64,000 nucleotides of DNA from contig CAUWGC010000010.1 of NCBI GenBank assembly GCA_963558405.1, positions 1 to 64,000 on the forward strand, given 5' to 3'. The translations under genes were made by a program, and so were the position numbers. Shown piece by piece: positions 10,605-21,005 of the stretch; positions within the stretch are counted from its first letter, which is position 1, and each line of letters opens with the position of its first letter. This DNA comes from an uncultured Clostridia bacterium. Its GTDB lineage: Bacteria > Bacillota > Clostridia > TANB77 > CAG-508. The notes beneath the pieces were generated by a model, which was given only the letters and a program-made list of their open reading frames with translations, did not search any database and was not told the DNA's origin.

Positions 10605-11237
10605 GTGATAAGTTTGAAAAAAGGAGTTATTTTAGTTATTATTTTAGGAATTATTTTAGGTGTATCTGTTGCTATGGGTTATTATTTTTATCAAATTAAT
10701 AAAATATCACAATCCCCATCTTTGAAAGGAGAAAAAACATTAGCTTCTGATAAGGTGACTGATGAATGTACAGAGTTTAGTGAAGCATATACTAAAGGAT
10801 TAGTAGATACAGAAAGCTTAGATGCAAGTTATGAGGAAAAAATAATTACACCTAATACTATAATAAGAACAAAAGAAATTTATACAAAATGTGGACATAC
10901 TGTAGAAAACAAAATAGAAATAAGTGATAGTCTTGTAAATAAAACTAAGGAAGAATTTGCAAATGAATATATAGGTTGGGATGTTGATACATTTAATAGT
11001 AAAGAAGTAATTATATCTAGAAAATTAGACAAGATGTGTCCAGAACATTATATTTTAAGAGAAGAAGAAGAAACAATAGTTATTTATAGAATAGATGAAA
11101 AAGGAGAAGAACATTATATAAGAAATACAGGTATTTCTACAAAATATTTACCAGAAACTGATAAATTGGCTCTTAAAAATGGAATTAAAGCAAATGGAAA
11201 AGAACAATTAAATAGCGTAATTGAGGATTATGAATAA
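10605..11237 (+). CDS. BofC C-terminal-domain protein with N-terminal membrane anchor
   Basis: C-terminus YILREEEETIVIY...TGISTKYLPETDKLALKNGI...LNSVIEDYE resembles BofC_C. Confidence 0.65.
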   Translation: MISLKKGVILVIILGIILGVSVAMGYYFYQINKISQSPSLKGEKTLASDKVTDECTEFSEAYTKGLVDTESLDASYEEKIITPNTIIRTKEIYTKCGHTVENKIEISDSLVNKTKEEFANEYIGWDVDTFNSKEVIISRKLDKMCPEHYILREEEETIVIYRIDEKGEEHYIRNTGISTKYLPETDKLALKNGIKANGKEQLNSVIEDYE

Positions 11238-11265
11238 AAAAACACCAATTTTATGGTGTTTTTTT
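11236..11265. terminator. Bidirectional terminator between convergent genes
   Basis: AAAAAAACACCA/TGGTGTTTTTTT inverted repeat. Confidence 0.7.
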
Positions 11266-11847
11266 AGTGTTTTGGTTTATTTGTTTTTTAGAAGTATTAC
11301 TATTTATTAAATCTTCTTTACTAATAATTCCGTTTTTAAAAAGATTTTTAGAATACATAATTAATGAAAATATAGTTAATGTTAAAGCAATATAATATAA
11401 ATATTGATCAAATTCATATGGTATAGAAAAATATCTAATGGCTAAAGAACTTACAATAGCTAAATATAATATAACAGTTGTTAATTTACCATACCATTTA
11501 CTAGATACTACAAAATCTTTTCCATATACAAAACATGCTCCTGTAATCATTATAAATTCTTTTAATAATATTACAATTAAAATCCATACAGGTATAACTT
11601 CTTGAATACAAAGTGTTGCTAATATGCAAATTTGTGTTGCTTTATCTGCAAACGGATCAATTAATTTACCAAAATCAGATATTAAGTTAAATTTTCTGGC
11701 AATAAATCCGTCCAAAACATCAGTTAGTCCCGAGATTGTAAGAAAAACAAAAGCCATTACATAATTGTGAACTATTAAATATTTTATAATAATTGGTATT
11801 AATACAAATCTAGCAAGTGTTAATATATTTGGAACATGTTTTAACAT
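11251..11847 (-). CDS. pgsA: CDP-alcohol phosphatidyltransferase (PgsA family)
   Basis: PNILTLARF, TDVLDGFIARK...FGKLIDPFADK, WYGKLTT. Confidence 0.88.
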   Translation of the reverse strand: MLKHVPNILTLARFVLIPIIIKYLIVHNYVMAFVFLTISGLTDVLDGFIARKFNLISDFGKLIDPFADKATQICILATLCIQEVIPVWILIVILLKEFIMITGACFVYGKDFVVSSKWYGKLTTVILYLAIVSSLAIRYFSIPYEFDQYLYYIALTLTIFSLIMYSKNLFKNGIISKEDLINSNTSKKQINQNTKKTP

Positions 11848-11865
11848 TTTTTATACTCCTTTTTA

Positions 11866-14205
11866 TTACTGTGATATTGTAAAATTTAAATTATTTTCTT
11901 TTAAATCAATTAAAATTGTTTCACCGTTTTTTAATTCTTCACGTAAAAGCATTTCTGCAATTTCATCTTCTATATATCGTTGAATTGCACGTCTTAATGG
12001 TCTAGCACCATATTTTAAATCAGTTCCTTTTTCTAACAAATATTGTTTTGCAGGAAGAGAAACGTGCATAGTTATATTTTTATCATCTAATGCTTTTTTA
12101 GTATCATTTAACATTAAATCAACAATAGATAATAGTTGTTCTTTAGAAAGAGGATGAAAAGTAACAATTTCATCAATCCTATTTAAGAATTCTGGACGAA
12201 AAACTTCTTTTAAACTATCTAAAATTTTATTGTTATCTATAGTAGATTTTCCAAAGCCAATAGAATTATTATTTAAATGTGAACCAGCATTTGAAGTCAT
12301 TATAATAATTGTGTTTTCAAAGTTTACTGTATTACCTTGGCTATCAGTTAATCTACCATCATCTAAAATTTGTAATAATATATTAAAAACATCACTATGT
12401 GCTTTTTCTATTTCATCCAATAAAATAATTGAATAAGGTTTTCTTTTTACTTTTTCTGTTAATTGACCAGCATCATCATAGCCAACATATCCTGGAGGAG
12501 AGCCTATTAGTTTAGATGTAGAATGACTTTCCATGTATTCAGACATATCAATACGAATAATAGAATCTTCATTCCCAAACATCTCGTAAGCTAAGCTTTT
12601 TGCAAGTTCAGTTTTTCCAACTCCTGTAGGTCCAACAAAAATAAATGATGGAGGTCTTTTGGTTGATTTAATCCCTGCACGATTTCTTCTAATTGCTCTT
12701 GCTACAGAAGAAACAGCTTCTTCTTGACCAATAATTCTTTTGTGAAGATTATTTTCAAGATTTAATAATTTTTGAGTTTCTGCTTCTGTAATCTTACTTA
12801 CAGGTATTTTAGTCCAGCTTTCAATTACTTGTGCAATATCAGAAACTGTAAGCTCGGTTAATTTCATTGAACTATTTATTTGATTAATTTGCTCAATTAA
12901 AGCACACTCTTTTGCTTTTAATTCAGCAGCTCGTTTATAGTCTTCTTCAGAATCTGCTTCTACAACTTCTTCTTTTTCTTCTTGAACTTTAATTAATTGG
13001 TCTTTTAAAATTGCTAATGTATAAAGTTCTTTATTATCTAAATTTATTCTAGAGCAAGCTTCGTCTAATATATCTATTGCTTTATCTGGCAAAAATCTAT
13101 CATGAATATATTTTTCGGACATAATTACTGTTTGCTTTATAACATCAGTAGAAATTTTTACTTTATGAAATTCTTCATAATATTTTTTTATTCCATCTAA
13201 TATAGAAATTGAATCTTGAATATTAGGTTCTTCTACAAGAACAGGTTGAAATCTTCTTTCTAATGCAGAATCTTTTTCAATATATTTACGATATTCTTTT
13301 AAAGTTGTAGTACCAATTAATTGAATTTCTCCATTTGAAAGAGATGGTTTTAATATATCTGCTGCATTCATAGAGTGTTCACTATCGCCTGCACCAATAA
13401 TATTATGAATTTCATCAATTACAAGAATTATATTTTTGTATGATTTACATTCATCTATAATTCCTTTCATTCTGCTTTCAAATTGACCTCTAAATTGAGT
13501 TCCAGCAAGAACTGAAGTCATATCTAATAAATATACTTCTTTATTTAATAATTTTGCAGGAACATTGTTAGAAGCAATTTTAATAGCAAGACCCTGAGCA
13601 ATAGCTGTTTTACCAACTCCAGGTTCACCAATTAAGCAAGGATTATTTTTAGATCTTCTATTTAAAATTTGTGTAATTCTTTGTATTTCTTTATCTCTTC
13701 CAATTACCATATCAAGTTCATTGTTTTTGGCTTTTAAGGTTAAGTTAGTTCCATAAGTATCTAGAAATTTTTTTCTTTTATCTTTTGGTTTTTTATCAAC
13801 CTTAACTCGTTTCTTTTCTCCAGACTTAAAAGCTTCAGAAGAATTTGAAGAATCTTCCGAATTTTGACCAAACATATTAGAAAAAATAGAACCTAGAGGA
13901 ATTGCTACTCCTTTAACAGATTCTGGATTATTATCATTATCTTCTAATGAGTTTAAATCTATATCATCAGGCATATTTTCGGCTAAATTTTGAGAGATAT
14001 CTTGAAAAATAGTACCAAATTGTTTAGTCATATTTTCTATATCGCTTTCGGATAGATTTATTTGTTTAGCTAAAGAATCCATAGGATTAATGCCTCTTTT
14101 TTTTGCACAATCATAACAAAGTCCTTCTAAAGCATTTGGATTATCTTTAGTAGGTTTGTTTAAAAAAATTACTGCTGTATTTTTTTTACAGTCTGCACAT
14201 AACAT
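11866..14205 (-). CDS. Clp ATPase with N-terminal CxxC...CxxC Zn finger (ClpE/ClpC-like)
   Basis: Two AAA+ modules (GEPGVGKT, GPTGVGKTEL), SPPGYVGY, UVR-like coiled coil, N-terminal MLCADCKK...GLCYDCAK. Confidence 0.93.
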   Translation of the reverse strand: MLCADCKKNTAVIFLNKPTKDNPNALEGLCYDCAKKRGINPMDSLAKQINLSESDIENMTKQFGTIFQDISQNLAENMPDDIDLNSLEDNDNNPESVKGVAIPLGSIFSNMFGQNSEDSSNSSEAFKSGEKKRVKVDKKPKDKRKKFLDTYGTNLTLKAKNNELDMVIGRDKEIQRITQILNRRSKNNPCLIGEPGVGKTAIAQGLAIKIASNNVPAKLLNKEVYLLDMTSVLAGTQFRGQFESRMKGIIDECKSYKNIILVIDEIHNIIGAGDSEHSMNAADILKPSLSNGEIQLIGTTTLKEYRKYIEKDSALERRFQPVLVEEPNIQDSISILDGIKKYYEEFHKVKISTDVIKQTVIMSEKYIHDRFLPDKAIDILDEACSRINLDNKELYTLAILKDQLIKVQEEKEEVVEADSEEDYKRAAELKAKECALIEQINQINSSMKLTELTVSDIAQVIESWTKIPVSKITEAETQKLLNLENNLHKRIIGQEEAVSSVARAIRRNRAGIKSTKRPPSFIFVGPTGVGKTELAKSLAYEMFGNEDSIIRIDMSEYMESHSTSKLIGSPPGYVGYDDAGQLTEKVKRKPYSIILLDEIEKAHSDVFNILLQILDDGRLTDSQGNTVNFENTIIIMTSNAGSHLNNNSIGFGKSTIDNNKILDSLKEVFRPEFLNRIDEIVTFHPLSKEQLLSIVDLMLNDTKKALDDKNITMHVSLPAKQYLLEKGTDLKYGARPLRRAIQRYIEDEIAEMLLREELKNGETILIDLKENNLNFTISQ

Positions 14206-14418
14206 AAATTTTTAAGCTCCTTCTTTATTTTTAATAGTAATATCATACATGAAAAAAAAGAAATAGTCAATAAAAGACACCAAAAAAACACAATACTAAG
14301 AAGGGATTTAAGGATTTCTTAATAAGTTGTAACTAAAAGAAAATGTATAAATATGTATTGTATTATAAAAATTGAAATGATATAATAAAAAATAAGAAGC
14401 CAAAGAAGGAGAGAGTAT

Positions 14419-15253
14419 ATGAGTAAAAGAAAAATATTATTCATTATTGTAGGTGGTGCTTGTTTTTTAGCAATTTTAGCAATTATATTAAGTTTTGTAT
14501 TTAAAGAACCAGAGGAAAATCCTTTTGCTAATTTAACAGGTGATGGTGGAAATAATGGTGAAATAGATGATATCGAATTATTAAAAGAAGAGTTTGATGG
14601 TTTATTTAAAAATACATTAATAAATGGAGAGTATGATACATCTAATATTGAAAAAGTAGCTATGGAAAAAGAATTAGTTTATACTGCTTACACAATAAAG
14701 GAACAAAAGGAAGGTAAATATGATATAAACTTAAATATACCAGTGTTAAATGTGTCTAATCCAGTAGGAGATCAAATTAACCAAACAACACAAAAAGTAT
14801 TTGCTGATAAGGCAAATGAAATTATATTAGGAGCTACAGAATATACAGTATATACAATTGATTATCAGGGATTTATTAATAATGATATTTTATCATTGGT
14901 TATTAGAGCTACCTTAAAAGAAGGCAATAATCCACAAAGATATATAGTACAAACATATAATTATAATTTTGTTACAAAGCAAATGGTAACTTTTGATGAG
15001 GCACTTCAAATTAGAGGAATTAATTTAGAAGATGCTCGGAAGCAAAATACGTAATCAAATAAGACAAGCCAATAAACAAGCAGAGGCTTTAAAACAATTA
15101 GGATATGAAGTATATATAAGAGATCCAGAAAGTAGTATGTATAATATTGAAAACAGTGATAACTTTATATTTGGAGAAGGTAAAAGACTATATTTAATAT
15201 ATGCATATGGAAATACAAATTATACAACAGAATATGATGTTATGATATTTTAA
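14419..15253 (+). CDS. Membrane-anchored extracytoplasmic protein (DUF4163/DUF3298-like), 277 aa when joined at CGG 15037
   Basis: N-terminal TM segment. ORF 14419..15054 joins ORF 15032..15253 as NLEDA-G-SKIRNQIRQAN. Confidence 0.7.
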
Positions 15254-15256
15254 AAC

Positions 15257-15291
15257 AAAAAAGAACGTCTTTTTATTAAGACGTTCTTTTT
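15257..15291. terminator. Bidirectional terminator
   Basis: AAAAAGAACGTCTT/AAGACGTTCTTTTT inverted repeat between convergent genes. Confidence 0.85.
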
Positions 15292-15437
15292 AAAAGAAAA
15301 TAAAAGGGGATGTTTTACAATTTAATCAGTAACCGGAGTAACTTTTTATATGTTACTGACTATGTTTATAATATACTAATAAATTATGTCCAAATTGTGA
15401 AAGAAAAGTGATTATAGAGAAAATAAATTCTTAAGAT

Positions 15438-16730
15438 TTATGGTTGTTCACCAAGTTTTAAAGTTATTTCTTTTTCTTTTCCATCACGAACTACTTTTAA
15501 AGTAAGTTCATCACCAATTTTATGTGAATTTTTAATTTCATTTAACTCATTCATAGTTTTTACCTTTTTACCATCAGCTTCGATTATAACATCGCCGTTT
15601 CTAATATCTGCTTTCTGAGCTGCTGAAAAATCTTCTACAGATTTTACATATATTCCAACTGTTAAATTATTAGCTTTTGCAAGTTCTTCGGTAAGGTCAA
15701 TACCTGCAATACCAATATAAGGTCTTTTAACTTTTTGATGTTCAATTAATTGTGAATAAATATCTTTTGTAGAGTTAATTGGAATAGCAAAACCAACTCC
15801 TTCTACACCAGTTCCAGATAGTTTCATTGTATTAACACCAATTACTTGACCTTTACTATTTACTAAAGCTCCACCGCTATTACCAGAATTAATTGCTGCA
15901 TCAGTTTGGATTAAAGTAAAAGTTTTTCCGTCTTCATCTGTTATTTGACGATCAACTGCACTTACAATACCTGCAGAAACGCTACTTTGCATACCTAAAG
16001 GATTACCAACAGCCATACAAAATTCTCCAACTTGAACTCCATCAGAATCCCCAAGTTCGGCAGGAGTTAATCCTGTTTTGTCAATTTTAATTACAGCTAA
16101 ATCTGTTTGTTCATCAGTTCCAATTATTTTAGCTTCATAAGTTTGTTCATCACCATATAGAGTAACTGTTAATTTACTTGCTTTACTAATTTCATAAAAA
16201 GAAGATGAAGAAGTAGAATTAACAACATGATTATTTGTTAAAATATATCCATCTTCTGTAATAATAATTCCAGAACCTTCAGCAGAAACCATTTGAGGTG
16301 CACCAAAAAGACTTGTTGCAGCATATTCTACTTTTATTCCAACAATAGAAGGTCTTACCTTATTTGCAACAGAAATACCTGTATCAGAATAATTAGATAA
16401 TGATACTAAATTAGTATTCATGTTAGGTGTAGTGTTAGTTTGGTTATTAATATTAGAAACATTATTAGATGAACCTAATAATTGTTCGCGAATAGAGGGA
16501 ACTCCAAAACAGGTACCTATTACAACAGCTGTTCCTAATACACCTGCAAAAAATGGTAAAATTACACTTTTACCAAATGAACTGTTTTTTGGTTCTTTCA
16601 TTTTTACCGCATGATATGATGTTTTATTAGTCGAATTAAAGTTAGAATTAGAACTGTTAGGACTATTAAAAACTGTTCCACCAGTTGTTTCTATTGGTTC
16701 TGTTTGATTTTTGTTTTCGTTATTTTCCAT
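15438..16730 (-). CDS. htrA: HtrA/DegP serine protease with TM anchor and PDZ domain
   Basis: LTNNHVV, DLAVIK, QTDAAINSGNSGGAL; ATG at 16730 after GGAGG. Confidence 0.95.
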   Translation of the reverse strand: MENNENKNQTEPIETTGGTVFNSPNSSNSNFNSTNKTSYHAVKMKEPKNSSFGKSVILPFFAGVLGTAVVIGTCFGVPSIREQLLGSSNNVSNINNQTNTTPNMNTNLVSLSNYSDTGISVANKVRPSIVGIKVEYAATSLFGAPQMVSAEGSGIIITEDGYILTNNHVVNSTSSSSFYEISKASKLTVTLYGDEQTYEAKIIGTDEQTDLAVIKIDKTGLTPAELGDSDGVQVGEFCMAVGNPLGMQSSVSAGIVSAVDRQITDEDGKTFTLIQTDAAINSGNSGGALVNSKGQVIGVNTMKLSGTGVEGVGFAIPINSTKDIYSQLIEHQKVKRPYIGIAGIDLTEELAKANNLTVGIYVKSVEDFSAAQKADIRNGDVIIEADGKKVKTMNELNEIKNSHKIGDELTLKVVRDGKEKEITLKLGEQP

Positions 16731-16795
16731 AAATACCTCCAAAATTTTACATTTAATATATAATATCCTAATTTAGATATATAATACAATATATT

Positions 16796-16812
16796 TGTGA
16801 AAAAAATGTGAA
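16796..16812 (-). promoter_or_regulatory. Direct repeat TTCACA-N5-TTCACA upstream of htrA (CssR/OmpR-type site)
   Basis: 11-bp period repeat, 9 nt before a TG-TATTAT -10 element on the minus strand. Confidence 0.5.
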
Positions 16813-16915
16813 CATTTATAGAAAAAATGGTTATACCTTACATTTTTATTTTTAAATCTTGCACAATAAAATATAGTTTGTTATACTAAAGAAAAAATTA
16901 TAAAGGACAAGAAAA

Positions 16916-17542
16916 ATGAAAGAAAAAGAATTAGAAAGATTAACTAAATTAAAGCAAATAGAAAATGAATTACATGAAAAAGGTATAAAATTAATTTGTG
17001 GTATTGATGAAGCGGGAAGAGGGCCTTTAGCAGGACCTGTAGTTGTTGCTTCTTGTGTTATGCCGACTGATTCTATGATAGAAGGGGTAAATGATTCTAA
17101 AAAAGTATCTGAAAAGAAAAGAGAATTACTTTATGAAGAAATAACAAGTACAGCAATTTCTTATGGTGTTGGAATTGTTTATCAAGACGAAATTGATAAA
17201 ATTAATATTTTAAATGCAACAAAAAAAGCTCTTACTTTGAGTTTACAAGAACTAAGTACAAAACCAGAGTTAATTATTGTAGATGCATTAAATAATATTG
17301 ATACATTAGGAATACCATATAAATCATATATAAAGGGTGATGCAAATTGTTATTCTATTTCTGCAGCTTCAATTATTGCAAAAGTTACAAGGGATAGAAT
17401 TATGAGGCAGTGGGATGAAATTTATCCTATGTATGGTTTTGGAAAACACAAAGGCTATGGTACAGCAAGTCATATTCAAGCTATAAAAGAGCATGGACTT
17501 TGTCCATTACACAGAAGAAGTTTTGTTAAAAATATTAAATAA
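16916..17542 (+). CDS. rnhB: Ribonuclease HII
   Basis: GIDEAGRGPLAGPVV, DSKK, KGDA..YSISAASIIAKV, KHKGYGT. Confidence 0.97.
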   Translation: MKEKELERLTKLKQIENELHEKGIKLICGIDEAGRGPLAGPVVVASCVMPTDSMIEGVNDSKKVSEKKRELLYEEITSTAISYGVGIVYQDEIDKINILNATKKALTLSLQELSTKPELIIVDALNNIDTLGIPYKSYIKGDANCYSISAASIIAKVTRDRIMRQWDEIYPMYGFGKHKGYGTASHIQAIKEHGLCPLHRRSFVKNIK

Positions 17543-17554
17543 GGATGGATGTAA

Positions 17555-18856
17555 ATGAATATTTTAGATATTATTGCTAAAAAGAGAGATAAAAAAGAGC
17601 TTTCTAAAGAGGAAATAAAATATTTTGTAGATAAATATACAAATGGAGAAGTAACTGATTATCAAGCTTCTGCATTAGTTATGGCAATATATATTAATGG
17701 AATGAATGAAATAGAAACAACTAATTTAACATTAGCAATGGCAGAATCTGGTGAAACATTAGACTTATCAGAGTTTGGAATTGTTGTAGATAAACATAGT
17801 ACAGGTGGAGTGGGGGATAAAGTGACATTAGTACTTATTCCAATAATTGCTTCTTTAGGAATACCAGTAGCAAAAATGTCTGGTAGAGGACTTGGTTTTA
17901 CTGGAGGTACAATAGATAAGTTAGAAGCTATACCAGGATATAATACAAATATTTCTATTTCTGAATTTAAGAAAAATGTAAAAGAAATTGGGGTTAGTTT
18001 AATGGGACAAACATTGAATTTAGCTCCTGCAGATAAAAAATTATATGCTTTAAGAGATACCATTTCTTGTACTGATAGTATTCCTCTTATTGCATCTAGT
18101 ATTATGAGTAAAAAAATTGCGGCAGGTGCAAATAAAATTGTACTAGATGTAACATGCGGAAGTGGGGCATTTATGAAAAATAAAGAAGAAGCAGAAGGAC
18201 TTTCAATTGTTATGAATAAAATTGGTAAAATTGTAAATAAAGAAACAGTTTGTATTATTACAAATATGGAAGAACCTTTAGGATATGCAGTAGGAAATAC
18301 ATTAGAGGTAATAGAAGCGGTAAATGCTTTAAAAGGTATAATGCCAGATGATTTAAAAGAGGTAGTATATACTTTGGGTGCGTGGATGATAAAACTTTCT
18401 GGTAAAGGAAATGATATAGAAAAAAATAAGAAAAAAATAGATGAACAGATACAAAATGGTATGGCATATAATAAATTTTTAGAATTAGTAAAAAATCAAG
18501 GTGGAGATATTTCTTTTATAGAAAATACAGATAAATTAGAAAATGCAAAATATGTAGTTTCAGTAGAAGCTGATAAAAGTGGTATTGTTCAAAGTGTTTC
18601 GGCAGAAGAGATAGGAATTTTATCAAGAGATTTAGGAGCAGGAAGAATAAGAAAAGAAGATAAGATAGATTTAACTGCTGGTATTGTTTTAAATAAAAAA
18701 GTAGGGGATTATGTGGATAAAGGAGAATGTTTAGCTAAAATATATACAAATAAAAAAGAAATTTTAGAAACAGCAAAAGAAAGATTACAAAATATTTATA
18801 AAATAGAAGATAAAAAAATTAATAAGCTAAACACAATAATAGGTATTAAATATTAA
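17555..18856 (+). CDS. pdp: Pyrimidine-nucleoside phosphorylase
   Basis: DKHSTGGVGDK, KMSGRGLGFTGGTIDKLE, SSIMSKKIA. Confidence 0.95.
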   Translation: MNILDIIAKKRDKKELSKEEIKYFVDKYTNGEVTDYQASALVMAIYINGMNEIETTNLTLAMAESGETLDLSEFGIVVDKHSTGGVGDKVTLVLIPIIASLGIPVAKMSGRGLGFTGGTIDKLEAIPGYNTNISISEFKKNVKEIGVSLMGQTLNLAPADKKLYALRDTISCTDSIPLIASSIMSKKIAAGANKIVLDVTCGSGAFMKNKEEAEGLSIVMNKIGKIVNKETVCIITNMEEPLGYAVGNTLEVIEAVNALKGIMPDDLKEVVYTLGAWMIKLSGKGNDIEKNKKKIDEQIQNGMAYNKFLELVKNQGGDISFIENTDKLENAKYVVSVEADKSGIVQSVSAEEIGILSRDLGAGRIRKEDKIDLTAGIVLNKKVGDYVDKGECLAKIYTNKKEILETAKERLQNIYKIEDKKINKLNTIIGIKY

Positions 18857-18889
18857 AAACAACCTAAGGTGAGTTCTTAGGTTGTTTTT
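18855..18889. terminator. Bidirectional terminator between pdp and tyrS
   Basis: AAAAACAACCTAAG/CTTAGGTTGTTTTT. Confidence 0.85.
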
Positions 18890-18923
18890 AATTGTGCATA
18901 ATTTATAAAAATACAAAGAAGGG

Positions 18924-20138
18924 CTATTTTATAAGTTTGTGATAGGTTTTCTTTCCTTTTTTTAGGATAGCAAATCCATCACTAAAATCTTTTTCAGATA
19001 ACATATATGTAATGTCATCTATTTTATTATCATTTAATGAGATACCACCTTGATTAATAAGAATTTTTGCTTGACCTTTTGAAGGAGCAATACCTGTTTT
19101 TACAATGGCATCTATTAAAGAAATATCTATATTTTCTAGTTTGGTTGTTGGCATATTTTCTGATGCACCATTACCACTAAATAAGTTATTTGCAGCATCT
19201 TCTGCTTGCTTTGCAGCTTCTTCACCATGAATTAATTTGGTAATTTCGTAAGCTGCTACTTTTTTTGCATTGTTAATTTCTTCGCCTTCTACATTACAAA
19301 GTTCATTTATTTTTTCTAAAGGTAAGAAAGTAAGTAGACAAAGTACCTTTTTAACATCTTCATCAGCAACATTTCTCCAATATTGGTAAAATTCATAAGG
19401 AGAAGTTTTGGTAGAATCTAGCCATAAAGCACCTTTTTCTGTTTTTCCCATTTTCTTTCCTTCTTTTGTTGTAAGAAGTTTAAATGTAAGACCATAAGAA
19501 TCACTATGTCCTATTCTACGGATTAATTCAACACCACCAATTATATTAGACCATTGGTCGTTTCCACCCATTTGTAATTTACAACCATATTTATCATGTA
19601 AATGTAAAAAGTCGTAAGATTGCATTAACATATAGCCTAATTCAAAGAATGTAAGTCCTTTTTCCATTCTTTGTTTGTAACATTCTGCTGTAAGCATTTT
19701 ATTAACTGAAAATAAAGTTCCTATATCACGCATAAAGTCAATAAAATTTAAATTTAATAACCAATCTGCATTATTTACAATTATAGCAGCATTTGGTCCG
19801 TCAAAGTTTAAAAATTTTGACATTTGAACTTTAAAACATTCTACATTGTGATTAATTTCTTCACGAGACATCATTCTTCTCATGTCTGATTTTCCAGATG
19901 GATCTCCTATTGTTGCAGTTCCACCACCAATTAATATAATTGGTTTATGTCCTGCTTTTTGCATAATAGAAGCTACCATTAATGAAACAAAGTGACCTAC
20001 ATGAAGACTATCTGCAGTAGGGTCAAATCCAATGTAAAATGGAACACTTTCTTTTTTAAATAATTCTCTAATTTCGTCAGGATGCGTCATTTGTTCAACG
20101 AATCCTCTTTCCTCTAAAATTTTAAAAACATCTGTCAT
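18924..20138 (-). CDS. tyrS: Tyrosyl-tRNA synthetase
   Basis: YIGFDPTADSLHVGH, GGNDQWSNI, KMGKT, C-terminal S4 domain. Confidence 0.97.
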   Translation of the reverse strand: MTDVFKILEERGFVEQMTHPDEIRELFKKESVPFYIGFDPTADSLHVGHFVSLMVASIMQKAGHKPIILIGGGTATIGDPSGKSDMRRMMSREEINHNVECFKVQMSKFLNFDGPNAAIIVNNADWLLNLNFIDFMRDIGTLFSVNKMLTAECYKQRMEKGLTFFELGYMLMQSYDFLHLHDKYGCKLQMGGNDQWSNIIGGVELIRRIGHSDSYGLTFKLLTTKEGKKMGKTEKGALWLDSTKTSPYEFYQYWRNVADEDVKKVLCLLTFLPLEKINELCNVEGEEINNAKKVAAYEITKLIHGEEAAKQAEDAANNLFSGNGASENMPTTKLENIDISLIDAIVKTGIAPSKGQAKILINQGGISLNDNKIDDITYMLSEKDFSDGFAILKKGKKTYHKLIK

Positions 20139-20150
20139 TTTGAAATCCTC

Positions 20151-20411
20151 CTATAAAGTTGTAATACCTTTTTTTTCTGCTTTTTTAATGCTATTTTTAA
20201 AATCAGGTGTGTTAAGATATCGGTAAACATTTTTAGCAGAAATCTCTGTATTTACTGCTAATTGTTCTACTGGTAAATCAGTGATTTCATTTTCCTCTAT
20301 ATAAGATTTAAGACGGAACATTTCGCTTGTGTCTTTTGTCATGCAATTTTCGCATACGTTATTTTCAGACATATAGAAACATCCGCAACGATCACATTTT
20401 TTAAATTCCAT
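20151..20411 (-). CDS. Small Zn-finger/HTH protein (YvyF-like)
   Basis: KCDRCG...VCENC followed by an HTH-like VEQLAVNTEISAKNVYRYL; AGGAGG RBS. Confidence 0.6.
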   Translation of the reverse strand: MEFKKCDRCGCFYMSENNVCENCMTKDTSEMFRLKSYIEENEITDLPVEQLAVNTEISAKNVYRYLNTPDFKNSIKKAEKKGITTL

Positions 20412-20549
20412 ATATTTTACCTCCTGTTATTTCTGCTAAAAATTGATATAATTTTTGCTATGGTATGTATTGTATCATAAAAAAGAAGAAAGATAAAGAG
20501 AAAATAAAAATTTTTAAAAAACTATTGATAAATCATAAAATTTATATAT

Positions 20550-20571
20550 AATAATGATAATCATTATCATT
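20550..20571 (+). promoter_or_regulatory. Fur/Per box
   Basis: AATAATGATAATCATTATC matches the GATAATGATAATCATTATC consensus at 18/19 positions, directly upstream of a Fur-family gene. Confidence 0.85.
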
Positions 20572-20583
20572 TAAGAGGAAAAT

Positions 20584-20973
20584 ATGAAAAAGTTTAGCAA
20601 ACAAAGACAATGTATAATAGAAAATTTAAAGAATAGAAAAGATCATCCAACAGCTGAAAGCTTATATTTAGATTTAAAAAAAGAGATGCCTAATATTGGT
20701 ATTGCAACAGTTTATCGTAATTTATCAGAGTTATGTGAAGAGGGAATGGTACTAAAAATTAAATCTAATATAGGTCCAGATAGGTTTGATGGAAATGTTA
20801 TGCCACATATTCACTTTATATGTGAAAAGTGTGGAAAAGTAAATGATGTTTTTATAAATGAAGATGAATTAAATATATCTGATAAAGTAAAAGATTATAT
20901 ATGTAATGAACTTGGGGGTATTATAAATACATCTACAATTTCTTTAAATGGAATTTGCAAAAACTGCAAATGA
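20584..20973 (+). CDS. Fur-family regulator, PerR-like
   Basis: DHPTAE, ATVYRNL, RFDG, HIHFICEKCG, C-terminal CxxC; adjacent to rubrerythrin. Confidence 0.9.
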   Translation: MKKFSKQRQCIIENLKNRKDHPTAESLYLDLKKEMPNIGIATVYRNLSELCEEGMVLKIKSNIGPDRFDGNVMPHIHFICEKCGKVNDVFINEDELNISDKVKDYICNELGGIINTSTISLNGICKNCK

Positions 20974-21005
20974 TAATATAAAATAAAAAATAGGAGGAAT
21001 TTATA

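Noticed and set aside
15310-15411. 33-codon plus-strand ORF containing an in-frame CGG
   Set aside because: No spacing between the G-run and ATG, lies just after a terminator, and overlaps minus-strand regulatory signals; probably spurious.
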